64,000 bases of DNA from a virus: the IMG/VR virus record IMGVR_UViG_3300033143_005857, positions 1-64,000 of that record. One strand, 5' to 3'. Both the position numbers and the translations under genes were made by a program. Below the pieces are notes generated by a model that was not told the DNA's origin, did not search any database, and worked only from the letters and a program-made list of their open reading frames with translations. The number at the start of each line of letters is the position of its first letter. The stretch's first letter is position 1. Shown one piece after another: positions 38,506-49,146 of this stretch.

Positions 38506-40251
38506 TTAAACAATTTTACAGTAAATAGGCTTTCTGCCTCGTGTTTTTGTATTAACCTTATATATTTTTATCATGTTATCTTTAACAAGACGTTTGATAA
38601 CTTCTGATACAACAGTATTCTGTCCTTTTATCTTTCTTATAATTTCAGTAATTGTATGATCTTTTTCTTCAAGTAGTGTTAAAATGTCTTCACGTATCCG
38701 ATCTTCTTTGTCTTCTGTGACATATTCTGTTTCTCCACGTAATAATGACTCTAATTTGCCAATCGGCATACGATTAACATTTTTGAAAGGTAAAAGTAAA
38801 TTTGTGAGTAAATAAATATAAGTTGGCTTATTTCGCTTTAATGCGATACGGATTCTATGAATTCCTTGAATTATGTTAGTTTCTCGCATGATATAATGTA
38901 AATCATCTTCATCATAGCCGAGAAGTATTGATTTTCTATGCAAATCATCCCTTCTTGGTTCTGGTGTTCCAAATATAACAACTACATTAAACTTTTCATA
39001 TTCGTTTGATCCTACAAGAGGATAATGATCTGTTGTAATATAGGAAGGATTAGAGTCTTTTATTTCTTCTTCGTATTTTTTACGGGAGAGAACAAGCACT
39101 GGTTCTTGGTGCTTATTGATAATAAGTTGAATTAAATTAATCAATCTTCGTCGTGTTTTAATATTTTTGTCCAACGTTCTCATAACATATTTTGCAGTGC
39201 TTATTTGATATATAGTAGATTTAATGTTGATCTCTTGCTCAATTGCTTGAATACTTCTCATAAACATCGACTGATAAAACTTAGGAGGTGTTGTAGCATC
39301 CAATATCATAACTTTGCATGGAAAGTCTAAAGCATCCAAATCGTATCGTGCAATATCAATATAGCTATGCTGCTCTCCAACAACAGTTTTAATGACGTTG
39401 TCAATGAACTCAAGGTGGTTTGGATCATACATTGGAAGATATTTTTTCCAGATTGCAGCAGCAGTTTCAAAGATAAATGTGACTATATTAGTAAAAATCT
39501 TTTTCTTTTGGAAATAATAAACAGCAAGTAAATGTTCATACTCTTCAGCAAAGTCTGCTAATGATTCTGCTGAACCATCAATTTTGAAAAATTGGTAAAT
39601 TTGAGCATACAAATAAACATTATTTACAAACTTGTTTTGTAATGCAAATGCAAATTCATGTAAGAAATCAAACAGAAAATCTTTTTCTGGGCATTCTCTC
39701 ATACGAGCAGCAAGATTAATTGTATTTACTATATGGCTATAATAAATTCGTTGTTGCTTGTAAATAGCGTCAATAAAGTATTCATCTATAACTACAACAT
39801 CGACGTTGTTTTCTTCTACATACGAATTAACCAAACCTCCAAGATGGTGATGCACACCAATCCAAGACTGAGGTTCATGCCAGATTTCTATGATACGTTG
39901 ATAATATTCACAAATACTCATATATTGGCATTCTGGGCAAAATTGCTTGATATTAATACCATACTTAATTAGTGGTTTGTATTCATCGTTTCTACATAAT
40001 CTGCGTCGTGATTCAATTTGTAGCAATCCAAATAATGCTTCATTTTTGTTTATTTGTTCGCTCGCAATAGTATGATTATTAACAAGATAAATAAACAGAG
40101 AATCAGTATTATCAAGTTCCTCTGCAGTAATTGTAGTCTTTCCAGCACCAGCAAAATGATTTAAATGTAAGTTATAATCTGGTGGATTTGGTGTATACAA
40201 GTAGTTTTTTACGGACTTTCGTAAAAATGCACGAATTTCATCAATATACAT
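38506..40251 (-). CDS. SF2 helicase-like replication protein with Cys cluster and C-terminal wHTH (origin-binding candidate)
   Basis: AGAGKTT, C..CPEC...CEYY, VVIDE, LDAT, GSNEY, QGIHRIR, wHTH with RGRKP. Confidence 0.7.
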   Translation of the reverse strand: MYIDEIRAFLRKSVKNYLYTPNPPDYNLHLNHFAGAGKTTITAEELDNTDSLFIYLVNNHTIASEQINKNEALFGLLQIESRRRLCRNDEYKPLIKYGINIKQFCPECQYMSICEYYQRIIEIWHEPQSWIGVHHHLGGLVNSYVEENNVDVVVIDEYFIDAIYKQQRIYYSHIVNTINLAARMRECPEKDFLFDFLHEFAFALQNKFVNNVYLYAQIYQFFKIDGSAESLADFAEEYEHLLAVYYFQKKKIFTNIVTFIFETAAAIWKKYLPMYDPNHLEFIDNVIKTVVGEQHSYIDIARYDLDALDFPCKVMILDATTPPKFYQSMFMRSIQAIEQEINIKSTIYQISTAKYVMRTLDKNIKTRRRLINLIQLIINKHQEPVLVLSRKKYEEEIKDSNPSYITTDHYPLVGSNEYEKFNVVVIFGTPEPRRDDLHRKSILLGYDEDDLHYIMRETNIIQGIHRIRIALKRNKPTYIYLLTNLLLPFKNVNRMPIGKLESLLRGETEYVTEDKEDRIREDILTLLEEKDHTITEIIRKIKGQNTVVSEVIKRLVKDNMIKIYKVNTKTRGRKPIYCKIV

Positions 40252-40276
40252 AATAATTACCTAAAAAAATAAAGAA

Positions 40277-42385
40277 TTATTTAAATTCTTTTTTGTTAAT
40301 CATTATAAGATTTTTAACCACTCTTGTGCTTAATCTTAAGGCTCGTGCTACTTTAACTGGATCTCCATTCAATACATCACCAATTGAATTAAAACCAGCT
40401 TTGTATAGTAATTCTGCACGTTTCAAACCAATCTTTTTGAGTTTGCATAATTCAATCAATTCGGTGCGAAGAGTTCCAGCTTGGCACATTAAGCTTAGGA
40501 TTCCAAGAGAACTGCTAAGAGTTTTGTTGCTGCTGAAGATTACGCTTGCAGCATTAAACATACGGAAGCCATTTTCTTTGAGAAGCATTTTATCACCAGT
40601 AGATAAGTATATTTTTTTGGTGATTTCGTATTTCTTAATAAGATCTTCGTTAAATGTTAAGAAATAGCATTTGAGAAGTTGTTTTTCAATTCGCCAATCA
40701 ACTAAACGGATATATTCGTCGCATTCTGTCATTTCTGCATTTTGAATGTTGCAATTTGAAATTGATGCACACGTTGAACATGGTAAATTGTTGCAATGTC
40801 GCTTCATTGGTGGAAATACTTCACCAAGATCGTGAGAAGCGTAATCCATGATTGTTTCGTCTTCTTTTCGAGCGGTCACAACATCGTAATATTCTGCTAC
40901 TGTTCCAAATCGCACAAATAACTCTGTCAGATCTGTTGAATCAACGATATTGCATATTTGTCCTTTCCATGCAACAACAGTTTCTGGCATAACATACATA
41001 GCAACAGTTAAACGTCCGATTTTTGTAATTGCTAAGCCATATTCTGTTTTCTTAAGGAAGTCAAACATTGTAAGCCATTCTACTGCCTTATCTGCTTCTG
41101 CATCGCTAATTTCTGCATAACTACCAGCAGCAAGTTCCATGATATCCATTTTGTCGCTTGCTAATCCAGAAGCAATCCATTGTAAAATCTTTTCGTGCAG
41201 TCTTGGTTTGAGTTTACTCTCAACAACAAGAGGATTTAACGCACGGTCTGTGATAACTTCTTCTAAGCGTTCTGGAACAAATATAAAGGCATAACCCATA
41301 TCTGAAAGGTTTGGTCTGCCAGCACGTCCGATTGTTTGTTGAATTCGATTTGCTTCTAATGGTTCACTACCGTTAATGGCTGAATATTGTTCAACATCAA
41401 AGAGAACACAGCAATCTGCTGGTAAATTAACACCAACAGCAAGAGTAGGAGTAGCACACACAACTTTGATAGTTCCATCACGGAAGGAGTCTTCAACATA
41501 ATGTCGTTCTGCTTTGCTTAATCCAGCGTTGTGATAGCCGATACTATGCTCTTCAACTAATTCTTCTAACGTATGCCGTTTTCTGTCGTTTACCAAAGCA
41601 TTTGCAACTTGGATTGTTCGAAGTCGAGATGTAGTGAAAATAATCCAATTTTTGTCTTTGTATTGTCTCATCAACGATCGAAGCATTCTCATACGTAAAT
41701 CAAAGTTTTTTTTGTGGTCTGGATAATCAGCCCAAGATACAGTAATTTCTTCGTATGTATTGATTTTAAGTTCAAGAGGAACTGGTCGTTCGCTTGGTTC
41801 TGCAAAAATTAGTTCTGATTCTAACCAGTCTGCAAAGTGGTGCGGATTACCAACAGTTGCACTTAAGAACATATATTTAAGTTCTGGATATGCAATACGT
41901 GTAGTGATTAAGTAGTTCTCCATACGATGTCCACGTGATGCATCGCCAATTGTGTGTGCTTCGTCTGTAATTATTAATCCAACGTCTTGCATAACAACTT
42001 CACGCTTTTTAGCAGAGTTCATAATAACGTCGAATTTTTCTGGAGTCATACACGCAATTCCCCACTCCTCTTCTTCGTATTCTGCCAACTTTTTGCGATG
42101 GTCACTATCATCAATAAGAGTAGGCATGATTTCTTGGAATTCACCAAATTGCTCTTCCGTTAATGCTTTTAGCAAGCCAATAAGAATAGTTTTTTTCCCT
42201 TGCGTTTCCCACAAGTATTTAGCAGCCAGTTTCGCTGGTAATGTTTTTCCATAACCAGTTGGCAAAAAGAGTGCAACATTATTACCGTCTACAAAAGAGT
42301 TAATTGCTTCTAACTGTCTCTTTCGCATTTCGAACGGGAGCTTTTTCATGTGGCACAATTCTAAAATTTCTGCTTGATTCATCAT
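40277..42385 (-). CDS. hel308: Ski2/Hel308-like SF2 helicase
   Basis: PTGYGKT, TPEKFD, DEAH, SAT, YHNAGL, TPTLAVGVNLPA, QTIGRAGRP, C-terminal HhH. Confidence 0.9.
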   Translation of the reverse strand: MMNQAEILELCHMKKLPFEMRKRQLEAINSFVDGNNVALFLPTGYGKTLPAKLAAKYLWETQGKKTILIGLLKALTEEQFGEFQEIMPTLIDDSDHRKKLAEYEEEEWGIACMTPEKFDVIMNSAKKREVVMQDVGLIITDEAHTIGDASRGHRMENYLITTRIAYPELKYMFLSATVGNPHHFADWLESELIFAEPSERPVPLELKINTYEEITVSWADYPDHKKNFDLRMRMLRSLMRQYKDKNWIIFTTSRLRTIQVANALVNDRKRHTLEELVEEHSIGYHNAGLSKAERHYVEDSFRDGTIKVVCATPTLAVGVNLPADCCVLFDVEQYSAINGSEPLEANRIQQTIGRAGRPNLSDMGYAFIFVPERLEEVITDRALNPLVVESKLKPRLHEKILQWIASGLASDKMDIMELAAGSYAEISDAEADKAVEWLTMFDFLKKTEYGLAITKIGRLTVAMYVMPETVVAWKGQICNIVDSTDLTELFVRFGTVAEYYDVVTARKEDETIMDYASHDLGEVFPPMKRHCNNLPCSTCASISNCNIQNAEMTECDEYIRLVDWRIEKQLLKCYFLTFNEDLIKKYEITKKIYLSTGDKMLLKENGFRMFNAASVIFSSNKTLSSSLGILSLMCQAGTLRTELIELCKLKKIGLKRAELLYKAGFNSIGDVLNGDPVKVARALRLSTRVVKNLIMINKKEFK

Positions 42386-42460
42386 GTTTTTTTTCACCAA
42401 TAGTGGTTTAAACCACTATTTAAAATATAGTTTAAACGGATATTTAAAATTTTTGTAGTT

Positions 42461-43234
42461 TTATTTCTTAGGTTTGAATCCATAAATCCCAGTATTTTTG
42501 GTATGGTCTTTTTTCCATTTTTTAACGTCTCCTTTATCCACAACTGGACGTTTTTTATTCATAATATTCCATACTTTTTTAGCACGAACTTCCCCAATAC
42601 CGTCAAGCTCTTGTAGTTGTTCTGGTGTAGCATGGCAAATTTCGTGAATGGATAAAAATCGATTGAGTAGCACTTTGGCAAGAATCTTTCCAAAAAAAGG
42701 AATCCCTCGCACCATTCTCATACGGACGTCTTCATCTTGTGGTGCATCTCGAAGCATTTCAAGTGATGGATTCAATTTTCCAGTAAGCTTTCTACAAAGA
42801 GTCACAAAATAATAGCAAAGCATTTCATCTGTGTCGAAAAACATTGTGCGTATATTATAACGAAGTTCCATGTCGGCAAGGCATGTATACACTGCTTTTG
42901 CTCGTCGTGGGTCAATTTCTGACGGAGAACCAGACACCAAAAAGAAACCATATCGATAATTTTTTGCCATTTTTTTAACTTGTTTCCAAACACGTCCATC
43001 GTAAATTGAACCAACAAAATCGTTTATTTCTTTTCGTTCTCCAACAAGATTACCACAAACCAAGTCTCCAACTGGTATTTGTTTGTTTACAAGTGTAAAA
43101 CCAATAAAATTTTTTGCTGCCATAAATTTTTCGACTGATGCAATAAGATACAGTATTTCTTCATAGATATGTTCTGGTTCACGTTTGTCTACATAGATAG
43201 TAGTTTGATCATTTTGTGTGCGTGGTTTTAGCAT
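42461..43234 (-). CDS. ERCC4/XPF (Hef-like) structure-specific nuclease
   Basis: VDKRE, GDLV...ERKE..DF..SI.DGR..Q, tandem HhH. Confidence 0.9.
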   Translation of the reverse strand: MLKPRTQNDQTTIYVDKREPEHIYEEILYLIASVEKFMAAKNFIGFTLVNKQIPVGDLVCGNLVGERKEINDFVGSIYDGRVWKQVKKMAKNYRYGFFLVSGSPSEIDPRRAKAVYTCLADMELRYNIRTMFFDTDEMLCYYFVTLCRKLTGKLNPSLEMLRDAPQDEDVRMRMVRGIPFFGKILAKVLLNRFLSIHEICHATPEQLQELDGIGEVRAKKVWNIMNKKRPVVDKGDVKKWKKDHTKNTGIYGFKPKK

Positions 43235-44117
43235 GTTTTTCAAGCCATCTTTTACTTTTTTCTTCAATATAGTTGTCTAATGTTCCTCGATATATTGTAT
43301 CTCCATCTTTCTCCGATTTAACACGTTGATAAAATGGATATTTGCCAATATCTACACAATTTTGCTTTGGAGCATAGAATTTGCAGTGATAGTATCGTGT
43401 TCTTGCTTTGTTGCTAATTATACTAATAGATATCTTACGTGGAGTATCTAAATATAAATCTTTTCTGGAAAGGATTCCACCAGAAGACTTCATTAATACA
43501 TCAGCATGGCGTCCATTTATAGCAAATCTACACCCAATTAACTTTTCTAACTGTGTAGTTGTAAGATTGTGGTGTTTGTAATATTGTTTTGGCTGTCTAA
43601 AATATTCTAATTTTGGTGGCACAAATGCAATATTTATTGGAATCCAATAACCATAACCTCCTTTACCGTCTACACAAGCTTCTGGAGAAACAAAGCCGAC
43701 TAAGCTACCTTTAATATATTTTGGCATTTTTTCAATATAACCAAATTGTCGTTCACAATGATAAACACAGTCAACACATTTTTCTATGAGATAATTTGCT
43801 ACTGAAACTGTAATACAATTTTCTGGTTTTGTTTGTAATATTGACCAGCATAAAGTTGTCATAAACTCGTGTTCTTCTTGTTTATAATTAAGTTCGATAT
43901 ACGTTCCTCCAACTTGGACTTTGCATTCATCATACAAATCAAATAGTGCAGCAAAATTATATTTTTTAAACACGCTCAATATCCAATCTAAGCCTTGTTC
44001 TAAATACAAATCGTTATCAAACATAATAGTAGCACCAAGTTCTTCAAATTGAGCACTTAACTCTGTCAATTTAAGATATTTGTTTGTAAGAGCCTCGATT
44101 TCTACAACATCCACCAC
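43209..44117 (-). CDS. Hypothetical protein
   Basis: 302-aa ORF in the replication operon. Confidence 0.6.
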   Translation of the reverse strand: MVDVVEIEALTNKYLKLTELSAQFEELGATIMFDNDLYLEQGLDWILSVFKKYNFAALFDLYDECKVQVGGTYIELNYKQEEHEFMTTLCWSILQTKPENCITVSVANYLIEKCVDCVYHCERQFGYIEKMPKYIKGSLVGFVSPEACVDGKGGYGYWIPINIAFVPPKLEYFRQPKQYYKHHNLTTTQLEKLIGCRFAINGRHADVLMKSSGGILSRKDLYLDTPRKISISIISNKARTRYYHCKFYAPKQNCVDIGKYPFYQRVKSEKDGDTIYRGTLDNYIEEKSKRWLEKHAKTTHTK

Positions 44118-44119
44118 AA

Positions 44120-44377
44120 TCAGTCCTCTTTGATAGAAACAAGGATATAATTTCGTCCACGCACCTTTCGTAATACAACACCGTTTCGAGTTAATTCTTC
44201 ACGAATTAGCTTTGGAATCCAAGTTGTTATGTAGTCAGATGCAGTAAAACCAAAAAATTTTTCGATTACTGTTAAATCCATTTCGACAATACTTCCTTTG
44301 TTTTTGCTAATAAACTGTTTAGCGTTTTCTTTAAATTGTAAACACTTATCTGTTAGACTTAGTTGTTTTCTGAACAT
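44120..44377 (-). CDS. Small hypothetical protein
   Basis: ORF track, internal ATG. Confidence 0.45.
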   Translation of the reverse strand: MFRKQLSLTDKCLQFKENAKQFISKNKGSIVEMDLTVIEKFFGFTASDYITTWIPKLIREELTRNGVVLRKVRGRNYILVSIKED

Positions 44378-44687
44378 TTTTCTTTCCCTTCTTTGCTGTT
44401 TTTTTAGTTTTTTTATTAAGTTTTGTAATTCCAATTGCTGCTGCCTCTTCCAAAGCAAGCACAAGATCGTCGTTTAGCTCTTTGAGTTTTCTCTTATCAT
44501 CAACATGCTGTGAGATCACTTCTTCTTGGTGCTTGAATAATAACTCAAATTTGGCTTCACTTTGATTGTTTGCTTTTATAAGCTTAGTAATATACTTTTG
44601 ATTGTTTGTATTTTTTAGGCGAAGAATTTCTTGTTTGAGAAGATTTACTTCCGTTTGCTTCTTTTTAATTTTGCTGTTGTTGTTCAT
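44346..44687 (-). CDS. Coiled-coil basic protein
   Basis: ORF track. Confidence 0.5.
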   Translation of the reverse strand: MNNNSKIKKKQTEVNLLKQEILRLKNTNNQKYITKLIKANNQSEAKFELLFKHQEEVISQHVDDKRKLKELNDDLVLALEEAAAIGITKLNKKTKKTAKKGKKNVQKTTKSNR

Positions 44688-44726
44688 TGTGGTTAATCCT
44701 TTTATGCTTTGTTTGAAATAAAAAAA

Positions 44727-45725
44727 TTAGGCTACTAAAACTTGGTAAGCCTTTTCACGTAAGATTTCAAGTGTTCGTTCGCTTGATTTGTCTGAATCGG
44801 TATGAGTTCCAACAAACGAGAGTGCTTGGCTCAACGCAAATGCTGTTTCACTGTTGTCGAACTCGTGCTTAAAGCGGTTAATCAAAGCAGTTTTAACATT
44901 GCGAATTTTGTCTTCGTCTTTGATGCTAAGTTTTAAATTTGTGATATATTTAATACCAACTTCCAAAGTCATTGCCTTAGTTGCACCAGCAGTTATCATT
45001 TTTTGTGCAATTGAAGCAATTTCAACTGCAGATGTTAATGTTGTGCTTAATCTTTCTCGCCAATTTGCAGTATGTTTTATGCTGGTATAATTTGCACAAA
45101 TTACAGAATTTTGGCAGCTTGCAATTTTCATTTCGGTCATTACCTTAATTGCAGCCGTTTTAATGTTTCTACCAGATGTCACTTTGATCTTTATGTCAAA
45201 ATTGTCCAGTTCTGTTTCAAACATGCCGTAAGTCTTTTCCCAGATTAAAACACGGTTAAATTCTGTTTCAACAACGTCTTCTCCAAGAAATTCTTTTACT
45301 TCTTTACGCACTTGTCTGAAAGTAATAACTTGATGCTTCAAAGTGCTAAAAGCGTAAACAAACATATTGCCATTGTAGTCCGAAGCGTTAATTTGCAACA
45401 TTCTACCATTCTGTTGATTAAGAATTGCTTGAAGTTCTGCAACTGTGTCAGAACTGTTTGATCTAACCATATCTTGTAATTCACGTCGTTTCATGCCGAG
45501 AAAGTCTGCTAACATACCAATTTTTGCCCAGCCAACACAGATTAAGTATTCGTTTGGGTTTTTTGGATCACGGATTTTAAGCACTGGCTTCCGTTTTTTA
45601 GCCATGCTTTCAACGATCAAATCGCTTGCACGAATTTTGATGTTTAGAAATTTACCACGCAAGTTATACTCTAATTTCCCATCGGTTTCTGGGTTTGAGT
45701 CCAAAAGTTTAGTTTGGTTTAACAT
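44727..45725 (-). CDS. DUF932-like protein
   Basis: CQNS...KHT and TAFALSQALSFVGTH C-terminal pattern. Confidence 0.5.
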   Translation of the reverse strand: MLNQTKLLDSNPETDGKLEYNLRGKFLNIKIRASDLIVESMAKKRKPVLKIRDPKNPNEYLICVGWAKIGMLADFLGMKRRELQDMVRSNSSDTVAELQAILNQQNGRMLQINASDYNGNMFVYAFSTLKHQVITFRQVRKEVKEFLGEDVVETEFNRVLIWEKTYGMFETELDNFDIKIKVTSGRNIKTAAIKVMTEMKIASCQNSVICANYTSIKHTANWRERLSTTLTSAVEIASIAQKMITAGATKAMTLEVGIKYITNLKLSIKDEDKIRNVKTALINRFKHEFDNSETAFALSQALSFVGTHTDSDKSSERTLEILREKAYQVLVA

Positions 45726-45815
45726 AGTTGGTTTGCACCAATGAAATAGTAGAACACAACATATTTAAGATTACTTAGTATCAACTACATTTCAACGTTG
45801 TTTGGAAATTTATCA

Positions 45816-45830
45816 AAAATTTACATATAT
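45816..45830 (+). promoter_or_regulatory. Late promoter motif (6 of 6)
   Basis: AAAATTTACATATAT upstream of the displaced + strand cassette. Confidence 0.8.
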
Positions 45831-45882
45831 TCAGCAATAGAAAATTAAGTTAATTACAATTAAAATCAATATTGATGATTAT

Positions 45883-46386
45883 ATGGCTATTACAACAATT
45901 CTCGACGAATATAACACTGTTGGTGAAACAGAAACCCAAAATGTCACAAATTGTAATATGGGAAGTGATGATTCACCAAACCTTGTTCCAGCTACTTATC
46001 CAATTAATGCTGGAAATAACGCTTTTGAGAAATATAATAAAATGAGATTTACTGGGACAGCAAATAAAGTAAATAAATTAAAGGTATGGATATCTGCTGG
46101 AACTTTAGATGCTGAAGCAGCCCTAAAGACTTGTGCTCGTGAAGCTGCTTATGTAGAAAGAACATTTGTGACGCCAACAGAAACAACAAGCACACAAGCA
46201 ACTGAAGATATGCCAACAAGCGAACCGTCTGGTGCTAATCTTGGAATTGGTGGAATTTTAGCTGGTGAACATACTGCTTTTCCAGACGTTTCGGATTATT
46301 TGGTGCAACAATATCAGACAACTGCTTCTCATCCAGCGGGAGATATTACACAACTAACATTAACATTCCAATGGGACGAACAATAA
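45883..46386 (+). CDS. Putative virion structural protein
   Basis: Beta-rich, acidic, behind the late promoter. Confidence 0.55.
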   Translation: MAITTILDEYNTVGETETQNVTNCNMGSDDSPNLVPATYPINAGNNAFEKYNKMRFTGTANKVNKLKVWISAGTLDAEAALKTCAREAAYVERTFVTPTETTSTQATEDMPTSEPSGANLGIGGILAGEHTAFPDVSDYLVQQYQTTASHPAGDITQLTLTFQWDEQ

Positions 46387-46404
46387 ACACTTTTTTACGA
46401 ATAA

Positions 46405-46863
46405 ATGGAGGGCAATTCAATGCCACATCAATGGTTAGCACAATTAAAAGATAAAACTCAGATAAAACAGTTTGATAATGAAGGAAAAACTACGTGGGAT
46501 AATGGAGAGAATAGTTTTCAGTTAGTCACAGATGCTGAAAAACAGAACAATTTAGATATATTTTTTGTTATTGCAGAAAAAAATACTTTTGCTGTTGATT
46601 TGAATACTGGATTTTTCTATATTGACAATATTGCATTAGATCCAGCACCAGAACTAACTATGAAGAAAGAGAAATATCGAATAATTTATTGGAGACAAAG
46701 AAGAGAACAGCGTGGACCACAGAAAACACGAGAAGGAATTTATCTTAATGCTATCTTACTTGGTTGGCAAGTTCTCATTAATGGTGCAAATCATCAGCGT
46801 ATGATGTTTATTACTCCAAACAATAGCGGTAATTATACTGTTGAAATCAGAAAAAAACATTAG
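46405..46863 (+). CDS. Hypothetical protein
   Basis: W.A...Q, RIIYWR, LGWQ...G.N.Q. Confidence 0.55.
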   Translation: MEGNSMPHQWLAQLKDKTQIKQFDNEGKTTWDNGENSFQLVTDAEKQNNLDIFFVIAEKNTFAVDLNTGFFYIDNIALDPAPELTMKKEKYRIIYWRQRREQRGPQKTREGIYLNAILLGWQVLINGANHQRMMFITPNNSGNYTVEIRKKH

Positions 46864-46871
46864 GAGAAGTA

Positions 46872-47255
46872 ATGTTGACAGAAATAACATTACCAAGTTG
46901 GACAGACCAGCTAAGAATTTCTGTTTTTGCTGGAAATGAATTGGTAGCACAACGAGATGTTATTTCTATATTTAATCCTATAACAAAAAAGCATGAAATG
47001 CACGTTCAACCATTTAAAATAAAAGTTGGACGATGTTGTGGGTGTGGAGATTGTTGTGGTGAAGGAGGGTCGCCATTTCCACCTAAAATGTTAGAAGAAG
47101 TAAAACAAAGACTTAAAGATTATGAATATTCCAAACATACACCTTGTCCTTTTTTAGCAGATGATGGATGTATTTTGAAAGGGAAAATCCTTTTCTCGTG
47201 TGCTTCATCGAATTGTGAAGGATGGTCGAAGAATTGCACAGAGGTGCTTAAATAA
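46872..47255 (+). CDS. CxxCxxCC (YkgJ-like) metal/Fe-S-binding protein
   Basis: CCGCGDCC...CPFL...C......C...C. Confidence 0.6.
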   Translation: MLTEITLPSWTDQLRISVFAGNELVAQRDVISIFNPITKKHEMHVQPFKIKVGRCCGCGDCCGEGGSPFPPKMLEEVKQRLKDYEYSKHTPCPFLADDGCILKGKILFSCASSNCEGWSKNCTEVLK

Positions 47256-49135
47256 TGGCTGGCTCTGATTATAATCTCACTAATGAGCGGATCGGGATTG
47301 ATGGTGCGAGTTCGATTACATGGCAAGGGACTTGTGATCATGTTTCTTTAACAGATTGGGCTAAAACAAATAAGGCTATTATTTCTGTGTTTGTGCAGTC
47401 TACATCGCACACACCAACAACTGATTATTTTCAATTGCGTTGGCGAAATGCCACCGATTCTGGAACTTTTACAACATTAACCACAAGCGGAGAATTACAG
47501 CGAGGTATTTCAGCGGGTGCTATAAACAACGGTGATCCCGTTGGAGGTAGTGCTGGTTGTCAAACTACTGAATCTGATGAAGAAGTTGAAAATGAATCCC
47601 CACTCCAATCTCAATCCTTTAGCCCGTCGCAGAATGCTTATATTGAAATCCAATTTTGTGTAGATATTAGTAATGCTCTTGATGGAAAAGAGTATGAGTT
47701 TGATGTTTACGACGGAACAGATTCAGTTGGAACAATCACACCAACTATAACCATAGCTGCTGGAGCAACACCACAATCAATTACTAAAAATGCTAATGCA
47801 CGAGTTGTATCAGAAGAATTTATTGCAAAAGTTGTAAATGCTCGTATTGTAGACCAGTTCTCAATTGAAAAAGCATTAGATTCTCGTGTTATTGGACATA
47901 TTTCAATTGATAAGGTATTAGATTCTCGTGTTATTGGACATATTTCAATTGATAAGGTATTAGATGTTAGGGTTATAACAAAAAAGTTTATAGCAAAAGT
48001 AGTAAATGCTTTAGTTGTATCTTCAAATTCGATACCAAAAACTGCAGATGCACGTGTTATTGGGAATATCTCAATTGATAAGGTATTAAACGCTCGTATT
48101 ATAAACAAATTTTCAATTGATAAAATAGTAAACGTTTTGGTTGTAGCTTCAAATTTTATCCCAAAAACTGTAAACTCTCGTGTTATTGGGCATATCTCAA
48201 TTGATAAAGCATTAGATTCTCGTGTTATTGGACATATTTCAATACAAAAAACAGCAAATGCACGTGTTATTGGGCATATCTCAATTGATAAATCAGCAAA
48301 TATTCGTATTGTAGATCAATTCTCAATACCAAAAACTATAAACTCTCGGGTTATTGGACATATTTCAATTGATAAAGTAGCAAACGCACGTATTGTTGAC
48401 CAGTTCTCAATAGATAAAGTATTAAACGCACGTGCAATCGGACATATCTCAATTGATAAAACAATTAATGCAAAAATTATTGGTGGAGTAATACAAAATT
48501 CTATTAATAAGGTAGAAGATGCACGTGTTATTGGGCATATCTCAATTGATAAAGTATTAATCGCACGTATTGTAAATGATTTCAATATTACTAAAACAGC
48601 AAGTGCTCGTGTATACAGAAAAGAATCTATCACAAAAGATATTAATTCTCATGTAATAGGACATATTTTTATTGTAAAACAAACAAATATTAGGGTTATA
48701 GCAAAAGAATCATTAGACAAAACAATAATCGTTCGTATATACAAAAAAGAATCTATAGATAAAACAGCAAGTGCTCGTGTATATAAAAAAGAGTTTATCA
48801 CCAAAGACATTAATTCTCGTATAGTTAGGTTTGAATCCATAGATAAAAATATAAATATTTTTGTGACTGGTGTAAATTCAATAGAGAAAGTATTAAATGC
48901 ACGGATATTTGCAGTAGTTTCTATCGATAAAACGGTAAATATAAAAGTAGTTCTTGATAAAAAATTAAACAAAGTAATAAATGTATGTGTGGTTAATGTT
49001 GCTTATACCACGAAAACTGTTAATATTACAGTAGTTATTATTGAAAACACAGTTTTACATGCCGATGTTAGCAAATACAAAGACTTAAGAGCAACAGCAA
49101 TTCCGTATAACAAATTATATACAACAATAACATAG
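47255..49135 (+). CDS. Fibre/adhesin-like protein with ~30 tandem 14-aa repeats
   Basis: Globular N-domain, then SIDKVLNARVIGHI-type repeats. Confidence 0.75.
   Translation: MAGSDYNLTNERIGIDGASSITWQGTCDHVSLTDWAKTNKAIISVFVQSTSHTPTTDYFQLRWRNATDSGTFTTLTTSGELQRGISAGAINNGDPVGGSAGCQTTESDEEVENESPLQSQSFSPSQNAYIEIQFCVDISNALDGKEYEFDVYDGTDSVGTITPTITIAAGATPQSITKNANARVVSEEFIAKVVNARIVDQFSIEKALDSRVIGHISIDKVLDSRVIGHISIDKVLDVRVITKKFIAKVVNALVVSSNSIPKTADARVIGNISIDKVLNARIINKFSIDKIVNVLVVASNFIPKTVNSRVIGHISIDKALDSRVIGHISIQKTANARVIGHISIDKSANIRIVDQFSIPKTINSRVIGHISIDKVANARIVDQFSIDKVLNARAIGHISIDKTINAKIIGGVIQNSINKVEDARVIGHISIDKVLIARIVNDFNITKTASARVYRKESITKDINSHVIGHIFIVKQTNIRVIAKESLDKTIIVRIYKKESIDKTASARVYKKEFITKDINSRIVRFESIDKNINIFVTGVNSIEKVLNARIFAVVSIDKTVNIKVVLDKKLNKVINVCVVNVAYTTKTVNITVVIIENTVLHADVSKYKDLRATAIPYNKLYTTIT
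47770..49040 (+). repeat. 42-bp coding tandem repeat array
   Basis: CGTGTTATTGG(A/G)CATAT(T/C)TCAATTGATAA recurs at multiples of 42 bp. Confidence 0.85.
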
Positions 49136-49146
49136 AAGGTTAAATT

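Noticed and set aside
47770-49040. Regular repeats resembling a CRISPR array
   Set aside because: In-frame degenerate 42-bp coding repeats with no unique spacers.
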